64,000 nt of DNA, taken from assembly GCA_963826115.1 (NCBI GenBank), contig CAWGVS010000005.1, forward strand, positions 2,016,001 to 2,080,000, in the 5' to 3' direction. The translations under genes and the position numbers were made by a program. The notes under the pieces were generated by a model that made no database searches, had not been told where the DNA came from, and worked only from the letters and a program-made list of their open reading frames with translations. Position 1 is the stretch's first letter; the number at the start of each line of letters is the position of its first letter. Shown one piece after another: positions 56,468 through 64,000 of the stretch. The stretch is from an uncultured Candidatus Rokubacteria bacterium. Its GTDB lineage: Bacteria > Methylomirabilota > Methylomirabilia > Rokubacteriales > DASRDR01.

Positions 56468-57841
56468 CTAGCCGAACGGGAGGAGCAGCTTCGTCAGGGT
56501 CGCGCGAACCTCGTCGGGCGTCGTGACCCCGACGGCCCGCACGATCCCCTTCTTGTCGACCACGACGTTGTGCGGCACGCCGCGGAGGCCGAGCCGGGCG
56601 ATGTACTCCCCGGTCGCATCGATGAGCACGGTGCCCTGGATGTTGTGGATCTTGCAAAAATGGAGGGCCTCACGCCGTGGATCAACGTGCTCCCACACGT
56701 TGACCATGACGATTTCGAGCCCGAACTTCGCGGCCCGACGACGCACTTCCTCGAGTAGCGGAGCCTCCGCGTTGCAGGGTCCTCACCAGCTGGCGAAGAA
56801 GTTCAGGATGTACTTCTTGCCTCGATACTCCTCCGACGTGCGCGGTTTCCCGTCCGCCATGTCCGGCAAGCTGAACGACGGGAGGGGCTTTCCGATCAGA
56901 GGATGCTGCCAGTCCTTCGGGAGCTCGGCCGGCTCACCGTCCAGCCGATCCTGGAAGATGCTCACCGTGCTGGTGGCCGCGTCCGAGACGTACACGGTTC
57001 CCGACTGCTGGTCGACAGCGAGGTCCCCGGGAGCCTTGCCGACCGGAACCCGCGCCCACTCCCGGCCCGTCTGACGGTCGATCACGCTCACCCGCCCCGT
57101 CCCCCGGTTGGCCGCGTAGATGCGATCACCCGCGCGCCCCAGACCCATGCCTACGGGGGCGCGCTCCACGGTGAGGGTGTCCACGACCTCCTGCTTGTCC
57201 AGGTCCACCACCGCCACCGTGCTGACCAGCGAGTTCGCGACGTAGGCGCGCCCCCGCGGCGCGTCGATGGCGATCTTGCAGGGCGCGTAGTCGAGCTTGA
57301 TCTCCCCGATGGGCTCGTTCGACTGACCGTCGATGACGGTCATCGACGCGTCCCCGAAGTTGACGCAGTAGACGCGGTCCCGCACCGGGTCGGAGCCGAG
57401 GCTGCCCGCCGCGGTCTTGGCCGGCACGGTCGCGATGACCTCCAGCCGGTCGGCGTCGATGACGCTCACGGTGTTGTCCGCCGTGTTCCCGACATAGACC
57501 TTGCGACGCTCCGGATAGAAGCCCGCTCCGGCGGGGTAGTGCTGGACGGGGATCTGCGTGATGGTCTTGAGGGTCGCCGTGTCGATGACGGACACGACGT
57601 CCGAGCGCGCGTCGGTCGTGAACACGTGGCCACCCTGCTTGTCGTGCACGAGCCCGATCGGCTCGCGGCCCACCGGCACCTGGGCCACGACCTCGCGCGA
57701 ATCGAGGTCGAACACGGCGACGCTGTCGCTCCGCGCGCACGCCACGTACCCTCGCCGACCCTCGCCATCGACGGCGATGCCCTCGGGCCCGTAGCCAACT
57801 GGAATCGCGCCTGGCGCGGGGAAGCTCTCCGACGTGCCCAT
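56468..57841 (-). CDS. YVTN/YncE beta-propeller fused to a TlpA/redoxin domain, predicted selenoprotein (W-U-G-P-C; UGA at 56783-56785)
   Basis: About seven YV.N..S.TVSVID blades, then LIGKPLPSFSLPD...LNFFASW-TGA-GPCNAEAP...VNVWE...RGVPHNVVVDKKG (thioredoxin fold with cis-Pro). 458 codons. Confidence 0.87.
56758..56785 (-). promoter_or_regulatory. Putative bacterial SECIS element
   Basis: UGA-GGACCCUGCAAC-GCGGA(GGC)UCCGC: stem from +13, loop begins with G. Confidence 0.68.
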
Positions 57842-57982
57842 GTGCTCTCCTCGAGACCAAACTCGCTCGTGCTAGGTGAGGGCCGGCGTTCCCGGCTCTG
57901 AGCCCGGCACACTATGCCCGATCACCCTTGGCGTCGCAAGTGATTCATGCCTCGTCGAGGGCTCGGCGCAAGGGGGCCGCCG

Positions 57983-59027
57983 TCACCCCTGCCCCTGCCC
58001 GCCCGCAGGATCCGCGAGCGAAAGCCGACGTCGACGGGCCAGCCCCCGGAGGCGCGCCGTCGCCTCGACCAGTCCGCCGGGAAGGAGGAGCACGATCCCG
58101 ATGAACAGCACCCCGAAGATGAGCAGGTGCAAGTCGACCCAGCGCAGCGCCAGATACTCCCGCAGGAAGACGAAGAGGGCCGCGCCGAGGACCGGCCCGT
58201 GCACCGTGCCCACGCCCCCGATGAAGGTGATCAGCACGGCATCGAAGGTCCACGTCGGGCTGAACGCGTGCTGCGGGTAATAGCTGATGTGATAGAAGGC
58301 GAACAGCCCTCCGGCGAGCCCGGCGAGACCCGTGGACACGGCCACGGCGGCGAGCTTGACGCGGAAGGCCCCCACACCGGACGCCTCGGCGGCCGTCTCG
58401 TCCTCCCGGATGGCCTCCATGGCGAGCCCGAGCCGCGAGGCGGCCAGCCACGTCACGGCCAGCGTTGTCCCGACCGCGAGCGCGGCCGCGGCGTAGTAGC
58501 GGTCCGTGAGCCGATAGGCCGCGATGGCCTTCGCCGGACAGCGTGGAGATCTCGGGGAGCAGGTTGCCGACCGCGATCCGGAGCACCTCGGCGAGCGCCA
58601 GGGTCCCGATCGCGAAGTAAGCGCCGCGCAGCCGGAACGCGGCGAGCCCGACGGCCACGCCCGCCACGGTCGCGAGCGCGGCCCCCGCCGCCATCGCGAC
58701 GGGAACCGCCACGCCACCCGCCCACAGATGGCGCGTCGCCAGAGCGCCGAGCCCGAAGAAGGCTGCGTGGCCGAGGTTCACCTGGCCCGCCTGCCCGCCC
58801 ATCACGTTCCAGCTCTGAGCCAAGGCCACCAGCAGAAAGAACACGACCCCCAGGTTGAGCCAGTCCTCCCGGGTGACGGCGAGAGGCGCGAGCCCGAGGA
58901 GAGCCAGGGCCACCGCCGTCCCCGCGGCGCGGCCGACCCCGACGCGACGCGCGCCCGCGCTCCACCGGGCCATTCGGGCCCGGCGTGAGAAATCGATCGG
59001 ACCGCCGGCGGCCTTGGCGGGGGTCAC
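57983..59027 (-). pseudogene. Branched-chain amino acid ABC permease (LivM-type), frameshifted near 58539
   Basis: SWNVMGGQAGQVNLGHAAFFG...EISTL, then a +1 shift to PAKAIAAY...AIREDETAAEASG...FIGGVGT. Length 1045 nt = 3n+1. Could be a sequencing indel. Confidence 0.8.
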
Positions 59028-59897
59028 GCGCGCCCGAACAGGCCCTGTGGACGCGCCACCAGGACGCAGAAGAAGAGGAGCAGGCCCACCACCTCGCGGT
59101 ACGCGCCTCCGAACACCACCGCGCTCAACGCCTCGGCACACCCGAGCACGATCCCGCCCACGAAGGTGCCGAATGCGGACCCGAGTCCGGCCAGCACGAT
59201 CACGATCAGCGCCTTGAGGGTCCACTCGAGCCCGATGGACGGGCTGATCGAATAACCCAGGCTCACGAGCGTCCCGGCCGCCCCGGCGAGGGCGGTGCCG
59301 ATGGCAAACGCGAGCCCGTAGGCGCGGCGCACATCGATCCCGACCAGGCTCGCCGCTTCCCAGTCCTCGGCCGTCGCGCGGATCGCCTGGCCCCACCGAG
59401 CCCGGCGAAGGAAGGCGTGCAGGAGAGTGAGTCAGCCCGAGGGCGACGAGGAGACTCAGGAGGCGTCCCAGCGGAACCACGACGCCCCCGACCGCGAGGG
59501 TGCGGCCTCGGTAGGCCGTCGTGATCGAGCGCTCGTCCGCGGTGAACAGCCGGACGGCCAGCGCCTGGAGGGTGAGGGCGAGCCCGAAGCCGACGAGGAG
59601 CGAGTTCTTGATCCGCGTCTCCTCGCCGTGGCGCACGATGAAGCGGAACACGCCGCCGTAGAGGAGAGCGCCCAGCGCCCCCGCCATCGGGATGACGAGC
59701 AGCAGCGCCACGAATGGATCGAGCCCGAGGAGCGCGACCAGCCAGAAGGCGCCGTACCCGCCCAGCATGATCAGCTCGCCGTGGGCCACGTTGAGGACCC
59801 GCAGGACGCCGAACACGAGCGAGAGCCCTGCGGCCGCCAGGCCGTAGAGCCCTCCGAGCAGGATGCCCAGGATCAGTTGCTGCGCGAGCGCCGTCAC
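59024..59897 (-). pseudogene. Branched-chain amino acid ABC permease (LivH-type), frameshifted near 59432
   Basis: GLSLVFGVLRVLNVAHG...LVALGL, then a +1 shift to LTLLHAFLRRARWGQAIRATAED...VLAGLGS. Length 874 nt = 3n+1. Confidence 0.8.
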
Positions 59898-59910
59898 GCC
59901 CGCCTCGCCG

Positions 59911-60630
59911 TCATGACTCGACCGCCAGCGGCCCGAGGTAGGCTCGCCGGACCTCGGGATCGGCCAGGACCTCCGCGCCCCGGCCCTGCCCCACCACCCG
60001 GCCGTGCTCGAGCAGATATGCGCGGTGCGCGAGGTCGAGCGCAGCCCGGACGTTCTGCTCGACGAGAAAGACCGCCACCCCTGCCCGGTTGATCTCCGCG
60101 AGCACGGCGAGCAGCGATTCCACCACACGGGGCGCGAGCCCCAGCGAGGGCTCGTCCAGCATCAGGAGACTCGGCTGAGTCATGAGTGCCCGCCCGATGG
60201 CGGCCATCTGCTGCTCGCCGCCCGACAGAGCGCCCGCCGGCTGCCGGCGTCGCTCGGCCAGACGCGGGAAGATCGCGTAGACGCGGTCGAGGGTCGCCCG
60301 GCGCCCGGCACGCGCCCGGGAACTGAAGGCTCCGAGCGAGAGGTTCTCCTCGACCGTCATGTGGCCGAAGAGCCGGCGGCCCTCGGGTACCATCGCCACG
60401 CCGCGCTCCACCACCCGGTGCGGCGGGAGCCCGCCGAGATCCTGGCCCTGCCAGAGGACGCGTCCCGCGCGCGGCCGCGTCAGGCCCGCGATGCAGCGAA
60501 GGAGTGTGGTCTTCCCCGCTCCGTTGGATCCGACCAGCGCCACGATCTCGTCGGAGCCGATCTGGACGCCGACTCCGACGAGGGCACGAAGCTCCCCGTA
60601 GGCCGCGTGGAGATCCCGCACCTCAAGCAT
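59911..60630 (-). CDS. livF: Branched-chain amino acid ABC ATPase (LivF-type)
   Basis: GSNGAGKT, LSGGEQQM, LDEPSLGLAP, VEQN. Confidence 0.9.
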   Translation of the reverse strand: MLEVRDLHAAYGELRALVGVGVQIGSDEIVALVGSNGAGKTTLLRCIAGLTRPRAGRVLWQGQDLGGLPPHRVVERGVAMVPEGRRLFGHMTVEENLSLGAFSSRARAGRRATLDRVYAIFPRLAERRRQPAGALSGGEQQMAAIGRALMTQPSLLMLDEPSLGLAPRVVESLLAVLAEINRAGVAVFLVEQNVRAALDLAHRAYLLEHGRVVGQGRGAEVLADPEVRRAYLGPLAVES

Positions 60631-61390
60631 CCGTCCTGCTCCCGGTTCTCTTCCCGCTTCCCCCGCGACCTAGATAGGCGTCGACGACAGCCGGATCGAC
60701 CGCGACCGTGGCCGGCGCCCCGTCGGCGATCTTCTCGCCGGCGCTCAGGACCACGATCCGGTCGGAGAGGTCGAGCAGGGCCCACACGATGTGCTCCACG
60801 ATCAGGAGGGTCGTCCCCTCACCGCGGACACGCCGGATGACGTCCATGGCGTCGCCGGTCTCGGCAGGGGTCAAGCCGGCCATGAACTCGTCGAGCAGGA
60901 GAAGGTCTGCCCCGGTGGCAAGCGCGCGGGCCAGCTCGAGCCGCCGCCGCTCGATGAGGCTCAGACGGGTGGCCATGAGGTGTGCCTTCCCGCCGAGTCC
61001 AACCAGGGCCAGGAGGTTCGCGGCCGCGCGCTCCGGGTCCCGCCTCTTGCCCCGCAGGCGGCCGTGCAGAAGACCGACGAGGACGTTGTCGATCGCCGTG
61101 AGGCCGAGGAACGGCCGCACGTGCTGGAAGGTCCGCGCGACACCGTCAGCGCAGCGCTGATGCGGCGGCAGCCGCGTGACGTCCCGGCCGCGCAGGCGGA
61201 TGCGGCCGCCGTCGGGACGGAACATCCCTGCGATCAGATTGAAGAGCGTCGTCTTGCCGGAGCCGTTCGGCCCCATGATGCCGACGACGCTGCCGGCCGA
61301 GACGTCGAGGGTCACGCCCCGAACCGCCTGCACGCCCGCGAAGGCCTTCGAGACGCCTTCGAGGGCGAGCAGGGGCTCGGCGCGCGTCAC
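60623..61390 (-). CDS. livG: Branched-chain amino acid ABC ATPase (LivG-type)
   Basis: GPNGSGKT, ARTFQ, LELARAL, LLDE, VEH, AYLG. Confidence 0.9.
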   Translation of the reverse strand: MTRAEPLLALEGVSKAFAGVQAVRGVTLDVSAGSVVGIMGPNGSGKTTLFNLIAGMFRPDGGRIRLRGRDVTRLPPHQRCADGVARTFQHVRPFLGLTAIDNVLVGLLHGRLRGKRRDPERAAANLLALVGLGGKAHLMATRLSLIERRRLELARALATGADLLLLDEFMAGLTPAETGDAMDVIRRVRGEGTTLLIVEHIVWALLDLSDRIVVLSAGEKIADGAPATVAVDPAVVDAYLGRGGSGKRTGSRTDA

Positions 61391-61415
61391 GCGAGGTTCA
61401 GGCGCCGGCCACGGC

Positions 61416-62618
61416 TCACCGCTTGGAATAGGCCGGTGCCGGGTAGGCCAGCGGCTTGGTGGCGAACTCCTTCGGCCAGACCATCTCCTGCTGGCCGTCG
61501 AGCCACTGAAGGAAGGCTCCCTGCACGACGCCCGTGCCGTCGGCGCGGAACTTCACCGGTCCGACCACGGTCATCATGTCCGTGGCGGCGATGGCGTCGC
61601 GCACCTTCTCACGGTCCAGGGCACCGGCCTTCGTGAGCGCCGCCGTCAGGATCTGCACGCACGCGTACGCCGGGCCGGTGATCGGGTCGGAAGGCCGCCC
61701 GATCTTCTTCACGTGCGCGGCGTTCAGCTCGGTCACGCCCGGATACTTGAACGCGTGATGCCAGCCCGGGGCGAACACGACGTAGTCACCGTCCTTGCCG
61801 AGGTTCTTCGACCAGACGGGCGCGTCGGGCGCGCGGATCATGAGCGCCAGCTTGGGATTGAAGTCGAGCTCGTGCATCTGCTTGACGATCGCCATGCCGT
61901 CGGGCGGGGTCGGGAGGGCGAACACCGCGTCGGCCTGAGCCGTCTTGGCCTTCAGGATCAGGTCAGAGTAGTCCTTCGCGCCTGGGGCATACTCACCCTG
62001 GACGACCACTTCGTACCCGGCGGCCTTCCCCGTCTCCACCCACGCCGCGGCCATCTCCCGGCCCCAGTCGGTCTTCTCGAGGAAGAGCGCGACCTTCTTG
62101 GGACGCTCGGCGGCCGGAATCGAGGTCAGCATCGGCACCATCTGCTGGCCGATGTCCGGCGACTTCCAGAACGGGGAGAAGAGGTATCGGAACCCCTGCT
62201 GGTGGATCTTGTGGAGGGCGAAGGCCACGCCAAGATACGGGATCTTGTTCTTCTCGGCCGCAGACGCCGCCGCCGCGTGGAGATCCGAGCCGAACGTGCC
62301 CAGGTACGCCACGACACCCTGCGTGGCCAGGCTCTCGTAGCGGGCCACGGTCTTCGTCGCGTCGGACTCGTCGTCCAGGAGCACGAGCTCGAGCGGCATC
62401 TTCGCCCCGCCCACCGTCACGCCCCCGGCCCGGTTCACGTCCTCGATTGCGAGCTCGTAGCCGACCCGCACCTGTGAGCCCGGAGCCGCGTACCGCCCCG
62501 TCAGCGGCACGACCGCTCCGACCTTGATCGTCTGGGCGGAAACCGCCCCCGGCCAGGCGAGCCAGCCGGTCGCCAACACCGTCACGAGCCCGCTCAGGAT
62601 CCATCCTCGTCGCGTCAT
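61416..62618 (-). CDS. Branched-chain amino acid-type ABC substrate-binding protein
   Basis: Signal peptide ending VSA-Q; IKVGAVVPLTG; LDDESD; DREKVRDAI. Confidence 0.92.
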   Translation of the reverse strand: MTRRGWILSGLVTVLATGWLAWPGAVSAQTIKVGAVVPLTGRYAAPGSQVRVGYELAIEDVNRAGGVTVGGAKMPLELVLLDDESDATKTVARYESLATQGVVAYLGTFGSDLHAAAASAAEKNKIPYLGVAFALHKIHQQGFRYLFSPFWKSPDIGQQMVPMLTSIPAAERPKKVALFLEKTDWGREMAAAWVETGKAAGYEVVVQGEYAPGAKDYSDLILKAKTAQADAVFALPTPPDGMAIVKQMHELDFNPKLALMIRAPDAPVWSKNLGKDGDYVVFAPGWHHAFKYPGVTELNAAHVKKIGRPSDPITGPAYACVQILTAALTKAGALDREKVRDAIAATDMMTVVGPVKFRADGTGVVQGAFLQWLDGQQEMVWPKEFATKPLAYPAPAYSKR

Positions 62619-62894
62619 TGCGCCCCTCTCTTTCGGTGAGAGCTCCGGGCCAGACGGCGCCGCGCCGAGCGCCCGTGCGTCGGGCGCACCGACCCGGCGC
62701 TCGGCGCCGGCTCGTCGTGCCGTGCCTCGTAGAAGGTGACGTTCAAGAAGCTCGGAGGCGTCGGGGCAACAAGAAGCCGGGCGACCCCGGGCCGACGTCC
62801 ACCGGTGTGTCTCGCGCCCATCTCCCCGATCAGGGCCGCCCACCGATCGCGCCGGCGCCCGGACCGCTTGACAGATTCCATCGAATGGTGTGTG

Positions 62895-62924
62895 ACACTA
62901 GCGAACCAAGCTTGCCGCTGTCAA
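62895..62924 (-). promoter_or_regulatory. Sigma70-like promoter for the liv cluster
   Basis: TTGACA (62924-62919), 18-nt spacer, TAGTGT (62900-62895). Confidence 0.6.
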
Positions 62925-63221
62925 CACGCCTGCCGGGCGCCCAGTCTGCCAGGTTGCTCGGCAAGCGGCGTGCGTCGGCCCGGGCCGGCCCGGGCCGCGA
63001 GGGAGGATCGTGGCGTCTGTCCAGTCACACGGGAGCGGGACGCATCCCGCATCCGACCATGCCCGCGCCGGACCAGCCAGGATCGCCTCCCCCCCACCAT
63101 CCCGGAGGCGGACCCCAGTAGCTGGCCCAGGCCGAGCGCGGCAGCGCCGCGCCCCCGAAACCGCGACGGCCCGCGCGAGCCGGGAAGATTCCGGCCCCGC
63201 GTGGCGCCAGGAGGTCCCGCG

Positions 63222-64000
63222 ATGACCGCGCCCTACCGCGCCGATCAGGTCGGCAGCTTCCTTCGCCCCGCCGGGCTCCTCCAGGCGCGCAGCGACCCCG
63301 CGACACGGCCCGAGCGCCTGCGGGAACTCGAAGACCGCGCCATCCTCGAGAGCCTCGCCCGCCAGCGCGAGCTCGGGTTCGAGATCTTCACCGACGGGGA
63401 GCTCCGGCGCTCGAACTTCATGAGCGACTTCTGGGACGCGGTGGCCGGCCTCGACCACGGCAACGCCGTGGCCCGGACGTGGCAGGCCGGCGGCGCGGCC
63501 GAGGCCCCCGTGAGCCGGGTCACCGGCATCGTGACGCAGAAGCTGCGGCAGCTCCGACGGCTCACCGCGCACGAGCTCCCGTTCATGAAGCAGCACAGCC
63601 CCGGCGCGATCAAGATCACCCTTCCGAGCGCTACGCAGTTCCCCGCCATCACCTACAAGCGAGGCATCTCCGACCGCGCCTACGCGAGCCCGTCCGAGTT
63701 TCTGTGGGACGTCGTGGCGATCCTGAAGGCCGAGGTGCGGGCGCTCGTCGACGACGGGGTCTCGTACATCCAGATCGACGCGCCCCGGTACAGCTACTAC
63801 ATGGACCCGAAGTGGCGCGAGTGGATCCGCACCGAGATGGGCCAGGACCCCGAAGCGGCGCTGGACGAGGCGGTCCGAGCGGACAACCAGTGCCTGGAGG
63901 GGGCGCACCGGCCGGGTGTGACCCTCGCCATCCACCTCTGCCGAGGCAACAACCGGAGCCACTGGTACGCCGAGGGCGGCTACGACGCCATTGCCGAGAA
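63222..64000 (+). CDS. Cobalamin-independent methionine synthase II family protein (3'-partial; not in the ORF track)
   Basis: AGGAGG RBS; MTAPYRADQVGSFLRP, FTDGELRR, KITLPS, YIQIDAP, AIHLCRGN...GGYDAIAE; runs off the window. Confidence 0.9.
   Translation, partial: MTAPYRADQVGSFLRPAGLLQARSDPATRPERLRELEDRAILESLARQRELGFEIFTDGELRRSNFMSDFWDAVAGLDHGNAVARTWQAGGAAEAPVSRVTGIVTQKLRQLRRLTAHELPFMKQHSPGAIKITLPSATQFPAITYKRGISDRAYASPSEFLWDVVAILKAEVRALVDDGVSYIQIDAPRYSYYMDPKWREWIRTEMGQDPEAALDEAVRADNQCLEGAHRPGVTLAIHLCRGNNRSHWYAEGGYDAIAE

Noticed and set aside
62930-63221. SAM or cobalamin riboswitch upstream of the MetE-II gene (also checked upstream of yitJ and the corrinoid gene)
   Set aside because: No SAM-I core or B12-box recognised; yitJ has only a 26-nt gap after aroK.

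Overview
A very GC-rich (roughly 70% by eye), gene-dense bacterial chromosome segment of about 60 genes. Gene content resembles Candidatus Rokubacteria/Methylomirabilota-type soil bacteria (inference only). It holds two Opp/Dpp-type ABC clusters with catabolic enzymes, a Liv-type ABC cluster with two frameshifts, msrPQ, three different methionine-synthase-type modules, lysA, aroK, a thiolase/DUF35/type III PKS/methyltransferase/flavoenzyme cluster, GH57, two RRM proteins and a Calx-beta surface dehydrogenase. I recognised no rRNA, tRNA, CRISPR array or transposase. Main hidden signal: two genes that the ORF track splits in two are very probably selenoproteins. One is a CMD/AhpD-like protein with C-G-F-U, inserted between msrP and msrQ (18112-18702). 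The other is a YVTN beta-propeller fused to a TlpA/redoxin domain with W-U-G-P-C (56468-57841). Both UGAs are followed by the same structure: AAY at +10..+12, then a GC-rich hairpin from +13 whose loop begins with G (putative lineage SECIS). A third CMD paralog breaks off exactly at the Sec position. There is also a dispersed family of GGGGTCAG...TGAYTT REP-like repeats, some supplying start or stop codons, several cleanly truncated gene remnants, and recurrent leaderless/extended -10 promoters.
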